From Nemertoderma westbladi (taxonomy: Eukaryota; Animalia; Xenacoelomorpha): a stretch of 54,585 nt of DNA. Location of the stretch: positions 1 to 54,585 of the forward strand of contig JAUCBJ010000939.1 in assembly GCA_032718475.1 (NCBI GenBank). The letters run 5' to 3'. The notes below the pieces were generated by a model that was not told where the DNA came from, searched no databases, and worked only from the letters and a program-made list of their open reading frames with translations. Every line of letters begins with the position of its first letter. Position 1 is the first letter of the stretch. The translations under genes were made by a program, and so were the position numbers. Positions 10,852 through 23,319 of this stretch are shown here, piece after piece.

Positions 10852-13800
10852 ATGCTGGGCAGTGCATATTATTCATATGTTATAAATATTATCTTCATTT
10901 ATACACTGTTCCCTTTGAAGCTGTTTTGTATTATGGACCAAAGTTTATGTTCCGTTCAGAAAGAATTATTACATTGTAGTGAGAAGTACGCACGATATAA
11001 ACACCATGTTGAGTACCTAAGACATCACCAACGATGTGGAAGTATACCACTTGGTTTAAAAGTAAAATTTCATTGCGGCGCAACTGATAACATTTTATGT
11101 ACAAAAGTCAATTCATCTTTAAAGAAATGTTCAAAAAAATTAATTAGTATTTTTTTGAACCACAATAAGAGAAACATGGATCAGCTAAAGGCAAAACAAA
11201 ACCAGATATTAAACAAGGTAACGAACAATGAAGACCGTATGGAACTAGAAAATAAATTAACTAAGCGTGTTACAAACCTTTCCAAGTATTATTCCAAAAG
11301 AGAAATAAATAAATACAAACGCGATGGTCTATGTCTGCATTCAGAAGCAAAACTTCAACAACAAGATATTAGTGAGCAACTAAACGGGAAAAATATTAGT
11401 GTGCCTGTACATGTACAAGATAACAATATAAATATTAACGAGGACAACATACTTGAACTATCAGGAATATTGGACTCGGGCAATAACATAAAAAATCAAT
11501 ATGAAGAGAGTGACAGCATAATAGAATTATCTGGAATATCAGACTCAGGCGAAAACAAAATAAATCAACATGAAGACAGCAACAGCATAATTGAATTGTC
11601 ATACAACATAGAAAATCAAAATAAAGACAGCATGATTATATTATCTGAAAGTGTACTGTTTAAAGGTGATGCAGATAGTAATTGTAAAAGCACTATTGCG
11701 GAAATACCTATTTACGAAACGGATATTGACAGTTTAAAAGAGGAGGGATGGTTAACTGACAATATTGTGGAAAGTTTGCTTAGATATTGGTGCGATTGCA
11801 ACACGAAAACTTTGAACAGAACATTCAACACACATTTTTTTGAAATATTAAACTCTGAACGTGGGGGATACAATGCCATAAAACAATGGACTTCAAAAAT
11901 AAACATATTCAATTACGATGGTTTGTACTTCCCGGTCCTTATGAATGGTAACCATTGGGTTTTAGTAATATTTAAACCGAAATCACGAAAAATATTTTAC
12001 TTAGATTCTATGGGTGGACAAAATATAAAGATTATAAACAGCTTAAAATATTGGATTAAAAAAGAGGCATTGAAAAACAACATTTTGGACATCGAAATTA
12101 TAATAGAACCACCAATAAAAAGAGTACAATTTAATAGTTATCAATGTGGCGTGTACGTATGTAAGTTCGGTAAAATGTGTATAGACAGTAGTGATGGTAT
12201 TTACAACTTTTCATATGTAAATGACAACAATATTAATGTGTTTAGAAATAAAATGAGATCATTAGTAAATGATATTATGTCAAAAAATAATAAAGAAAGT
12301 CTAGGAAATTTGGAGAAATCCTTAAATGTTCTAGAACAGGAAAATGAAAGCATTGGAAATGTTAATGTAACAACAAATAGTAACGTAAAAGTATTTAATT
12401 TAACAGAACAAAAAATTGCTCCCGGACTTATTAAATTATGTAGTTTGGGGCCTTCATTTGTACCACAGCCAATGAGTGTCAATTGGGACGATATACAAAG
12501 AAACTGGCAAAATTTTAAAAGAAAAGTGCTATGGAAAGCATTTTTTTATAAAGACAATATGGAAGTAATTAATATAGAATCAGCAGACAAAGTTGACAAT
12601 TCATTATTTCCACCACACATAGCATCAACACGAAATCCACCAAAATGCAATATTCCAGCAATCGAAGTATTTCTTGACAGTATTGAGAAAGATATTTTTA
12701 AAGATACTAAGTTAAAGAAAGTAAGAGACAACATAGATCCTCAAGAAAGAGAAGCATTAAATAAATTTAGAAAAACAAACATAAATGATAAGGAATATAT
12801 TATGAGATTACAAGACAAAGGAAATTCTTTTGTATTCATTGATAAGGAAACAGACAACAAAAAACTAAAAGAGCAAATGGAATGTGGATCATTTAAGAAA
12901 GTTGAAAAAGACCCGAGTTTTTCAATTTTAAACCAAATTACAAACTGGACTGAAAAATGGAAAGACCTGGGACTAAGCAATAAATGGGTAAATTATATTT
13001 TATTAAACTCTGAACCTACACCGGGAACAAATTATCCAAGAATAAAACTACACAAAGAACAAGCACCTGCGCGTGTAATAACATCAGGTTGTGGTAGCGC
13101 AACAGAAAATCTTTCTCAATTTGTAGAAACATACTGCAAAAAGATAGCTAACACATTACCACATCGGGTAAAAGATACCTCACACATGCTGGAAATAATA
13201 GACGAATTAAATTTACATGAAATTGCAGATAATGATATATTGATTAGTTTTGATATTATTAATATGTTTCCTTCTATTGACAACAAAAACGGGATCAATA
13301 TAGTTTCTAATAAATTAAAAGAAAATATACATTTGTTTGATGTACCTTCTGACTGCATTATTGAAGCATTGGAAATTTGCCTAAAAAACAACGTATCACA
13401 GTATCAAAATGAGTTTTGGATACAAACAGACGGCACTGCAATGGGACCCAAAAATTCTTGTTCTTACGCTGACATAGTGGCAGGAGATATTGATATAAAA
13501 GTAATTAACAAGAAAAAAAGATACCCTGAATTAAGATGTTGGTTTAGATACAGAGACGATATATTCTCCATATGGCGTGGTTCAAAAAGGCGTCTATTCG
13601 AATTCTTTAAGCTATTAAATACATTGGATCCAAAACTTAAGTTTACACTGGATATAGGTGCTAAATGGTTACACTTTTTAGATCTAAACATAACAATTGA
13701 AAATAATCAGTTAACAACATCAGTGTATAGTAAACCTACAGATTCACATATATATTTAAATAGTAAATCTGCCCACCCTAAATGCCAAATCAACGAATTC

Positions 13801-14654
13801 CTAAAGGAGTTGCCTTAAGGTTGAAAAGAATTAACACAAAAGATAAAGACTACGTGACTCAAGGTAACGTGTACAAGAACCACCTAATTAAGTATGGACA
13901 TAATGCAGATCATGTAAATACAGTCTTTGAAGAAGTTAGGAACATGCAAAGATCGGAAGCAAGAAATTATAAAGGAAAAAACAAAAGTATTAAAAATCCA
14001 ACAGTTTTAGTAACAACGTATAACCCAATGGCTCCAAATTTTAAAAGACTTATCAGTAAACATTATGGTATATTAGAGTCAAACGAAATGGCAAGGAAAA
14101 TACTACCTCAAAACGAAATAATTGTTGCATATAAAAGAAACCCAAACCTAAAAGAACTTCTAGCACCATCCAATCCATACAAACAATTATCATGCATTGA
14201 TAATCCTGGTTGTTACAATTGTAGCGCTAAAAAGTGTGACTGTTGTGAAAATTACTTAATTGAAACCAACCATTTCAAATGTGTAGCTACAGGCAAGACT
14301 TTTAAAATAAACAAACGACTAAACTGTTACTCGGAAAATGTAGTATATTTAGCTATCTGCATAGAATGCAATTTACAGGGTGTTGGCTCAACAATCAATT
14401 TCAAGAAGAGGCTTGGAAATTATAAATCTCATATAAAAAAAGGTGTGAAAAGTTGCAATATCGGCGTGCATTTCATCGAAAAACACAACAAATCCTCCAA
14501 AAACTTGAAATTTATTTTGATCGATCAATTACCAGGAAGGGACAACTGCGTAGAAACAATAAAGAAACTTAGAAAATCAGAACGATTTTGGATTGGTATG
14601 CTGCTCACTAATCTAAAGGGCTTGAACTCCTTCCATGACTACATTCAACAATAA
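10852..14654 (+). pseudogene. Penelope ORF copy with a 1-bp frameshift
   Basis: AACGAATTC near 13795, versus AACGGAATTC in the other copies, splits the ORF into 10852-13818 and 13782-14654. Could be a sequencing error. Confidence 0.85.
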
Positions 14655-14745
14655 AAACTTTATTATATTAAGTATATGTTACCTTAACAACAAACTAAGA
14701 ATTACGATATTCTATGTAAACAAATTCAAATAAGAATAATAAAAA

Positions 14746-14790
14746 ATAGATTTTATAAAGGCTATGCAATATAGCCGAAATATCATCTGT
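14746..14790 (+). ncRNA. Hammerhead copy 3 with a core G5>U substitution (predicted inactive)
   Basis: TTTATAA instead of TTGATAA (position 14754); stems unchanged. Confidence 0.65.
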
Positions 14791-15311
14791 AGAATAAAAA
14801 CATCACTTTTCTTAAATACAAACAGTAGCATTTATTTCATTTGTCTTCATATACAAATATACATATATATTACCCACAAATGCAACGCAATACGCCTGGT
14901 TCAATTGTGTCAAGTACAATGCACACATCTCCAACTTGGTCCAACATGTACGTTTTATAGTAGAGCAGAAAAAATGCCAAAAAGATGATTATTAATTTTT
15001 CGAATTATTATCCAAAATTTTATACAAATTTTGGTGGTTCTTCACACGGTTCTTCTAACAAGAACGAAATAAATAATAATTAATTACTGTAGAACCGGCA
15101 ACCGCATTAAAATTTAAGGCCAAGGCGGTAAAGAATTTTTAATATTTAATATCTTGTATAATTATCAATCCAGGCGGATTTTAATTGTTTCCCTGTAATT
15201 CAATTGATGTGTGCCGCGCCATCTGAGGCAGTGGCCTTTACTTTAAGCTGTTAATCACCCAGTTGGCGGACTCATAGGGTAATAACGGGCATAAACGTAA
15301 AACGGACAGCA

Positions 15312-15871
15312 GTTTACGGACAGGTTTACGGAGAAGTTTGGGGAAAGGTTTACGGATAGGTTTATGAAACAGGTTTACGAACAGGTTTACGGACAGGTTT
15401 ACGGAGAAGTTTGGGGAAAGGTTTACGGAGAATTTTGGGGAAAGGTTTACGGACAGGTTTACGGAGAAGTTTGGGGAAAGGTTTACGGACAGGTTTACGG
15501 AGAAGTTTGGGGAAAGGTTTACGGAGAAGTTTGGGGAAAGGTTTACGGAGAAGTTTGGGGAAAGGTTTACGGAGAAGTTTGGGGAAAGGTTTACGGAGAA
15601 GTTTGGGGAAAGGTTTATGGAGAAGTTTGGGGAAAGGTTTACGGAGAAGTTTGGGGAAAGGTTTACGGAGAAGTTTGGGGAAAGGTTTACGGAGAAGTTT
15701 GGGGAAAGGTTTATGGACAGGTTTACAGAGAGGTTTGGGGAAAGGTTTACGGACAGGTTTACGGAGAAGTTTGGGGGAAGGTTTACAGACAGGTTTACGG
15801 AGAAGTTTGGGGAAAGGTTTACGGATAAGTTTGGGGAAAGGTTTACGGACAGGTTTACGGAGAAGTTTGGG
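15312..15871. repeat. 12/24-bp minisatellite (GTTTACGGAGAAGTTTGGGGAAAG with GTTTACGGACAG variants)
   Basis: Tandem periodicity visible directly in the sequence. Confidence 0.95.
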
Positions 15872-16522
15872 TGTTCGCGCTTTCAGACCTTTAGCAGTTT
15901 AACCTGCCAAATTTAGATGTCTTCTAGATTATAAATCGACTTTAGCCTATGACGAGTATTTGATACACTACATTAGCCGAAGCCAGTCTATGCACGACCA
16001 TTCACCCGCTGGATATACCCGGGAGACTGGATTCGGAAGCTTTGACCTTATTGCGGTGTAGGCCTACTGCATTATTCGACTGATCGTTAATATATAATCT
16101 CTGACAAATATTATTCACTTTCGGGAAATATTAACAGTTCCTTTAGGACGTGGCGCTCTAAATATGTAAACAGAGTTATGACTTACACTAGACACAATGG
16201 GACGGCTATTGATTCACGTATAAAGCGCATTCTTTAGGAGATGCTTTGTTATCTGTCACAATCATGCAAACTACCGCACAATGCTGCACACCGATCTGCC
16301 GACTTTCACCAATTTTAGTCACATTTAAAGAGAACAGCAACCGACACATGTAGTGCCTATGAAATAGCATTAGATTCATTCCAAAACCAATATAATGTAA
16401 GTCGCAATTGCTATATGAACCTGTCTCTTACCTTCAGTATATCAAGAAGATTGGGGGTTTTATGATTATTTATCGATATTATCAAATATAATAATATTCC
16501 ATCAACTGATATAATTAATAAC
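15872..16522 (-). repeat. Distal part of the 3' LTR of older BEL element B
   Basis: TGTTCGCGCTTTCAGACCTTTAGCAGTTTAAC is a diverged reverse complement of the end of LTR A. Similarity continues up to the ATAAC insertion site. Confidence 0.88.
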
Positions 16523-17714
16523 TGTAAAAGCTTTTGCGGGATATAACTGGCCCTTTTGCTTCGCAATCCAGTTTCCCTTAATGCGCTCAAATACTCTAAA
16601 GAAAAACTCCCTAACTCAAAGGATGAAAGCTACCGGCTGATTGGCTGATTTGCCTAGCGACGGCCTCTTTGTTGGGTTCGATCAACCAACCAGAGCAAGG
16701 TCAACCAAGCAGAGCGATTCAGCCTTATGTTGGCTAAATCAATGTAATTGGCTGCAAAGGCTAGGGTGGTTTGGCATTTTAGACGATTTGGAACCTGTGG
16801 AATATGGAACTCTGCCAATGAGAGCTTTTCCTTTCTGTGTTGAAATCTACCTGCAGCAGCTCACAGGGTTCAGTGTGTTGGTTTTTCCAGAGCCTAGAAA
16901 CATCGGCCGTGGAATATTTCTGAATTATTCCAACATTAGAACGTCTTTAATTATAAGAACACATAACTGTTACCGCAGTGGCACGGTACTGGTATTATTT
17001 AACCGTACAGCCTACGGTACGGTACATTGCACATTATTTACTGCTATTTCCTGTTTGTTATTAAATGTATCATTCGTTTGCATATTGTTATTTGGAGAAT
17101 AACTATAAACGATCAGAAACCCCGATCTTCTTGATACACTAAGGTTAGAGAGACCGGCTACATATAGCAATTGTGGCTTATATTATCGTGGTTTGTAGTG
17201 AATTGAATGCTATTTTATAGGCCCTACAAATGCCGGTTGCTATTCTCTTTATATATGATTAAAATCAGTGACTATCGGCAATTCAGTGTGCAGCGGTGTG
17301 CAATAGTCTGTATGTGCTTGTCCGCGTAACAAAGCATCTCCTAAAGAATGCGCCTTATGTGTAACTTATAATCCATTCGTTGTGTTTAGTGTAAGCCATA
17401 GCTCTGTTTATATAGATAGAGCGCCACGTCCTAAAGGAACTGCTAATATTTCCCGAAAGTGAATAATATTTGTCAGAGATTATATATTAACGATCAATCG
17501 AATAGTACGGTAGGCCTGCACCGCAATCAAATTAAAGCATCCGAATCCAGTCTCCCGGGTATATCCAGCGGGTGAATGGTCGCGCATAGACTGGCTTCGG
17601 CTAATGTTGGATTTATTTGTCTCAAATACTTGTCATAGGCTAAAGTCAATTTATAACCTAGAAGACATATAGATTTGGCGGGTTAAACTGCCAAAGGTCT
17701 TAAAAGCGCGAACA
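16523..17714 (+). repeat. 5' LTR of element A (1192 bp)
   Basis: TGTAAAAGC...GCGCGAACA, repeated at offset 9848 with about 7 substitutions seen by eye. Confidence 0.93.
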
Positions 17715-17997
17715 GTAACAGTTATTGCTTCTTGATTGCGGCGTAAGCAATCAAGTTGATAGTACCGGTCGACCGGTAACCAGTAGGCCTGACTGCCTGA
17801 TCATCCGGACCGGTACTTACTTACAGTACAGGTATAGCAGTATTATTTCGATTGTGATATATTGTATATTGTAGGCTGTTAGGGGATTAGGGATTGATCA
17901 CCCCTTATTCCTTTGCATGGTTTACTTATTTCTGTCAGTTTTATTTACTAGTAGGCTAATATTGAGCAAAAGGCGTGTAAGCCTGCTCAGATTGTAC

Positions 17998-18575
17998 AGA
18001 TAATTTGTAGGCTGGACTGTTGTCTAACTGTTGTTAAGTCTGAACGGATTGTAGTGTGTGTAGAGCATCTGTCCGATAAAGTGCTAGTTAGGAAAGTAGG
18101 GGCTTCAAGTGCTGTGAGGTAAACCCCCTGTGAAAGAATAAGTCGTACTACTGGGTTAGAACGCATACTAACTAATCATTTCGGAGTCTGCATATACTGT
18201 AGTGTATTTGGGCTTGATAGTAGTCTGCCATCGTTTGGTCTGTACTTTGTTTGTGTAGTCTGTACGGGTAGCGTATAATTTTATTTAGATAATTTGTAGG
18301 CTGGATAGTTGTCTGGCTGTTGTTGGGTTTGAGGAAATTTCGGTGTGTGTAGAGCATCTGTCCGATAAAGTGCTAGTTGGGAACGTAGGGGCTTCAAGTG
18401 CTGTGAGGTAAACCCCCTGTGAAAGAATAAGTCGTACTACTAGGTTAGAACGCATACTAACTAATCATTTCGGAGTCTGCATATACCGTAGTTTGTTTAG
18501 GCTTGATAGTAGTCTGTCAGTATTTGGTCTGCATTTTGTTTGAATAGTCTGTACGCGTAGCGTAATATTTATTAT
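17998..18575 (+). repeat. Two diverged tandem copies of about 289 bp in the 5' UTR of A
   Basis: AGATAATTTGTAGGCTGGA at 17998 and 18287; shared core GAGCATCTGTCCGATAAAGTGCTAG...CATTTCGGAGTCTGCATATAC. Confidence 0.9.
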
Positions 18576-19887
18576 TCAGAGTTTATGCGATTATTCGCAA
18601 CATTCATATCCCCAAGTTTATTCCTACAGTAATTGTGTTTGTTATACATACCGTTATAGTTAAACTAACCCCGGTACTACATCAGGGCTGCTCGGCGTAG
18701 GTAAAGACTGGAGATTTTATGCTTTGGTCACTCCGGCAGATACCGTGGTTCTTTTAACTGTTCAAGTATTTTTAACTACTGATTATTTGTTGTACAAGTA
18801 CTTGTACCTAATTTAGGGTTTAGTGTACAGTACTTTCCGAAGGTGATTAGTGTGTGGGCAGTATATTTGTGTTGTAAAGTGGTTAATAGGCACATTGGTT
18901 CTGGTAGACCGCGGTAATTAACTTCTAGGTAGGGACACTCCGTGATACATAATGTAGTACCTATAGCGATATGGCTATAGGTCGTCAGACGGTGGTATTT
19001 TCCTATCTGGACAACGCAGTATATTTACTACTACTTATTATTTTCAAATACCGTAGTACCCTGTCCGTTGTAATAACCAGGTATTCTAACCCTTTGTTAG
19101 GCTGGTTTGTAGAATTCTTGTAAAATCACCCTAAAAAATTCGTACTTGTAAATTTTTGTGTTTATTTAGAGATTGTAATCTCAACCCGAATTGTACGTAA
19201 TTTGTAGTATTAAGTAACTTAGGTAAATTAGAATTATTTGTTTTAGTGTCCAACAAGTAGCACTCCACTGAGAGCACACAGCTTCTGTGTAGTGACTCCC
19301 CCAGAAATAATAAAATTTATTTCAAATATTGACAAAAACCCATTTTAACGGGTATATATATTATAAATCAACTCAAACGATTTATAAATAGTAGGCCTGC
19401 CATACAACAACTAGGTCTCAATATCAGTTGGACTACTGCTCAAATAACGGTAATAAAGTAAGTTAAAGTAACCAAGTAACCCCTAAAATTTCAGAAATTC
19501 AATTATTCTAAAATAATTGACATACCGGTATTTACAATAGGCTTATTATATTTATTTCTATAAATTTTAGGCTGAAATTATACCGGTATTCTGTAATTGA
19601 TTCTAGTCTGTAATTATACTTATATATATATATTATAAGTGTAAGCTGCATACCGGTATTCTGTGACAAACCTAGTCTGTAATAATACTTATATATACTA
19701 TAAGCATACCAGTATTCTAATATATTGTATATATATCACGTTACATAGAGTAACGATATCGGTAATTAATTACTAGGCTAACAGTGATACTGAATTACTA
19801 AACTTGCTTTAACTGTAATATAGCAGTAGGCATTCAACTGTACAATCAAACATATCTGACACAAAACGGGCACTGTCAGATAGTCTT

Positions 19888-22800
19888 TTGAAAGGTGTTA
19901 GAATGAGTCTTCGACTTGGACAGTGTCTTGAAAGGATAGAAGACAGAAAAGCAGCAGCAGCGGCAGCTGCAGAAGCAGAAAGAAAAGTAGCAGCGGCAGA
20001 AGCGGAAAGAAAAGCGGCAGAGGCAGTGGCAGAAGCAGACTTGAGGAGACAAACCAGAAGACAGTTATTTGCCTCCTCCGATGAAGGTGATATAAGAGAT
20101 CCCGAAAGTAGAGGTAATAAATCTCGTTCAAGCAGGCGTAGAAGAATGCCACACTGTCCGAAGTTACCTAATTTGCCTCCTGCGGTGAGACTAGCTAGCA
20201 CAGACTTAGGTAGTACAGAACCCACAGACCAAATTATTACAGTAGAAAGACTCCCTACTATAGTAGATGAGCCTGAAATAATTAGGCCTGTTCTCAAAGC
20301 CACCCCTGCGGTGATAGAGACACCTGTACTCCCAGAACCTACCTCTAAACTCCCTTTGCACAGCACGAAACTACCTGTGCCCAGTAGGACTGTTCCCGAG
20401 TCCGAACCCATCCTGGACGCCGAGCGAGATATTAAGAATTTATTGCCCGTCGTCTCTCGCTTGCCCGCTACTACGTTGGTGACTCCCGCTTCGGCGGTCG
20501 AGTGGGTAGCTGAGGGACGACGGGAGATGGGTCTCCTGCTCGGGCAGCTGAGGGAACATTGTAAATGTTCCTCCCAGCAGGTCCGGGAGTTGGAAGGGAC
20601 TGTTCAGCAGTTAAAGGGAGCAGTAAGAGAGGGTAGGTTAGCGTTGCAAGAAGTGCAGCAAAGTATCGCGTTAGAACGCGATAAGTTAGTAAATTTACAA
20701 CAGGGTATACCACCACCCTCTGTAACAATGTGTCAACCTGTTAGGTCTGAAGTATTTCATGCGCAAGGTGTGGAGCCTACACGCATCTATACTGTTAGTG
20801 TTAGTGAAGTAGAAACTCCTATAGTAAACCCTATTAAGGGTAATTATAAACCTGTTGACAGTGATATTCCCTATAGACTTGATAATAATCCGAGAAATTT
20901 ATATACCGATAACTCGATATTAAATAATACGATGGCCCAAGAAAGTTTTACGCGTCAAATGGCTAGAACCGAAGCCCGTCAAGCGGTAAAGATGGGAGAG
21001 ATCATCAAGTTCAATGGAGATGAGATGAAATGGTTACCTTTTAATGAATATTACAAAGATAACATACAGAACTCCGTGTTATCTAACGGAGAAAAACTGA
21101 GATTCCTCATCGAGTGCTTGGAGGGATCTCCCAAGTTAATGGCGTTAAAGTTTATTGGACATCCAGATGGATTAAGACAAGTTTGGGATACAATAAACAT
21201 CAGGTATGGTAATAGGACTAACATAGCTAGGTATTTGTATGCAAAATTAATGGCGCCCCGAAAGTTTCTTAGCAGCGGGATTATAGAGTTTTCCGACGAA
21301 ATTCAGGAGATCTGTAGACAGCTAGATTGGTTAGGTAAGTCTCATGAATACCAGAATTCTATGGTTGTAGGAGCCTTAGCATCAACTCTGCCAAAGGGTG
21401 GAGTAGGTACACGCTGGGACAAGACAGTGTTATATATGATGGAACAACAACAACGAGACCCTACCATGGCTGATCTCATGTCATTCTTGGATTTCGAAGT
21501 GAAATTACAGCTCATAAAGCAGTCCAGAGAGAAGACACCGGAAAACAAGGTAAGTGAGAAACCCGTCTCTAGGAGAAAGGTAATACCAGTGTGTTATACA
21601 GACGACAGCGAAAGCCAGACTTCTCAAGGAGAGGATAGCGGGAAAGACACTGAAAGATCTTATTATGTCAATAAAACGCCTAAAGAACAGGTAAGTAAAT
21701 TCAAGTCTCGAACCAATGACAGGAGAGAACAGGTAAGAAAAACTCCTCCTACGTCTCCCAAGAGAATTCAGGTGAGAAAGCCCGAGGAAAGAACGAGCGT
21801 GCACCACACAGCACATGTTAAAGTAAGTAACATCAAGCCCAAATGTGTGTTGTGCGACGGGCCCCACCGTTTGAATATGTGTGATAAATTCCTAAAGAAA
21901 TCATTAAAGGATAGACGTGAAGTCATGTGGGATAAGCGGTTGTGTTATAATTGCCTCAGACGAGGACACCAACGGCGAACCTGTTACTCCGACGCAAGGT
22001 GTGCGAAGTGCGGCGCGAAACATCATATTTTGTTGCACACCGAATTCGAAAGAAACAGCCCGAGTCAGGTAAGTGAGTCCAAACTACATGTCCAATTCAG
22101 TGATGTGAACGACACTGACCAAAGTTCTGAGATGGAAGGATTCTATACGGACGAATTCTCCGACCAAATTTCTGAAATGGAAGGATTCTATACGGACGAA
22201 TTCTCAGACGAAAACGAATCCTGTTACTTAATAAATACCGCAGTGTATCGAGCACTTACGTATGAGAAGGAAACCGACAGTGAGCTCCCCCTAACTACTT
22301 CTGACAGACAACCATCTTGGAAAGCGCCACCTTCCAATGTAGGAATCCGAGAATTTCCTGTAGTCCAGGTAAGGGTCCACGGACCTAAAAGGAGTTATGT
22401 AGTGAACGCCCTCCTTGACTCCGGTAGTACAGGAACATTCATCGACAAAGAACTAGCCGAATACATCTTTGCTGGACAACCCAAGTTCCGAACTAAGCTA
22501 AACATGTCAGGAATTATGCAGGTTTGGAAATCTACCGTAATAGCGGATTATTATGTAGGCGCGTTGTCCACCCCCCAGGATGAACTAGGAGAACACAGCA
22601 TAAGGTCAGTAAAAATGGTAGCGATAAAGAACTTCGCGACCAGCCAAGTGGAACCTTATAACTGGGATGAGGACGATTTCACCCAGCAGCTTGAAATACC
22701 TAGATTCAACACCGATTACCCTGGAGTCCAAATACTCATCGGTCAAAATGCGCATGAAGCGCTCGAGACATTGGAGAAACGGCCTGCTCAACCGCAACCA

Positions 22801-23319
22801 CTACAAGTCTATGCGGGAAGAACTAGAGTAGGTTGGTACTTTACTGGCCCTTCTTGTAGAACTCTTATAGAAAGATTACCAAAAGAACAGGTATATCAAT
22901 TAAGTGAACGGGAAGTGGAGAGCAGTGAAGTTGACGACCCAACTGAGGGAACACCATACTCCTCAGATAATGACGACATCAACTCCAATGTAGATCAATG
23001 GAGACATTGTCCCAAGACGATCAATCTAGCCGACATCGCCTCCAGAGGAGCAACTCCTCAAGAACTGACAGATACTCCAGACTGGTTAGGTGAACCCGAC
23101 TTCCTAAGTAAAGAAGATGAATGGCCTCCCCATCTTAACCCGGCGAAGATTAGACAGGCCAAGGGAGCGGAGAAAGTAACACAACCACTCAATCGCCCAG
23201 CTGGTCGTTTATGTTTACTGGAAAGAGACCGAAAACTGTCCGGAAACTATGGAAGGCAAGATACTCTTCCCACGACCACCTCCCTAATCCAACAAATATC
23301 TAGGGACTCCATAACGTAA
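19888..23319 (+). CDS. BEL/Pao Gag plus aspartic protease polyprotein (RT and integrase deleted)
   Basis: Same motifs as 499-3930; two amino-acid differences seen (V/I and S/R). Confidence 0.88.
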   Translation: MKGVRMSLRLGQCLERIEDRKAAAAAAAEAERKVAAAEAERKAAEAVAEADLRRQTRRQLFASSDEGDIRDPESRGNKSRSSRRRRMPHCPKLPNLPPAVRLASTDLGSTEPTDQIITVERLPTIVDEPEIIRPVLKATPAVIETPVLPEPTSKLPLHSTKLPVPSRTVPESEPILDAERDIKNLLPVVSRLPATTLVTPASAVEWVAEGRREMGLLLGQLREHCKCSSQQVRELEGTVQQLKGAVREGRLALQEVQQSIALERDKLVNLQQGIPPPSVTMCQPVRSEVFHAQGVEPTRIYTVSVSEVETPIVNPIKGNYKPVDSDIPYRLDNNPRNLYTDNSILNNTMAQESFTRQMARTEARQAVKMGEIIKFNGDEMKWLPFNEYYKDNIQNSVLSNGEKLRFLIECLEGSPKLMALKFIGHPDGLRQVWDTINIRYGNRTNIARYLYAKLMAPRKFLSSGIIEFSDEIQEICRQLDWLGKSHEYQNSMVVGALASTLPKGGVGTRWDKTVLYMMEQQQRDPTMADLMSFLDFEVKLQLIKQSREKTPENKVSEKPVSRRKVIPVCYTDDSESQTSQGEDSGKDTERSYYVNKTPKEQVSKFKSRTNDRREQVRKTPPTSPKRIQVRKPEERTSVHHTAHVKVSNIKPKCVLCDGPHRLNMCDKFLKKSLKDRREVMWDKRLCYNCLRRGHQRRTCYSDARCAKCGAKHHILLHTEFERNSPSQVSESKLHVQFSDVNDTDQSSEMEGFYTDEFSDQISEMEGFYTDEFSDENESCYLINTAVYRALTYEKETDSELPLTTSDRQPSWKAPPSNVGIREFPVVQVRVHGPKRSYVVNALLDSGSTGTFIDKELAEYIFAGQPKFRTKLNMSGIMQVWKSTVIADYYVGALSTPQDELGEHSIRSVKMVAIKNFATSQVEPYNWDEDDFTQQLEIPRFNTDYPGVQILIGQNAHEALETLEKRPAQPQPLQVYAGRTRVGWYFTGPSCRTLIERLPKEQVYQLSEREVESSEVDDPTEGTPYSSDNDDINSNVDQWRHCPKTINLADIASRGATPQELTDTPDWLGEPDFLSKEDEWPPHLNPAKIRQAKGAEKVTQPLNRPAGRLCLLERDRKLSGNYGRQDTLPTTTSLIQQISRDSIT

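Larger units (their letters stand above)
4069..14851 (+). mobile_element. Tandem array of a Penelope-like retroelement (Neptune-like): one 5'-truncated unit and two full units, 4017-bp period
   Basis: ORF starts at 6835 and 10852; stops at 6621, 10638 and 14654. RT plus C-terminal GIY-YIG; hammerhead in each spacer; identity between units ends at TTGTCTTCATA (14851). Confidence 0.93.

Noticed and set aside
420-13691. Short minus-strand ORFs opposite gag-pro and the Penelope ORFs
   Set aside because: Antisense shadows of real coding frames.
15364-15916. ORFs in all three plus-strand frames
   Set aside because: Translation of a 12/24-bp minisatellite.
16641-17102. 153-aa ORF (also at 26489-26950)
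   Set aside because: Lies within the LTR, starts at TTG, has no motif, and is not evidently conserved in the B LTR.
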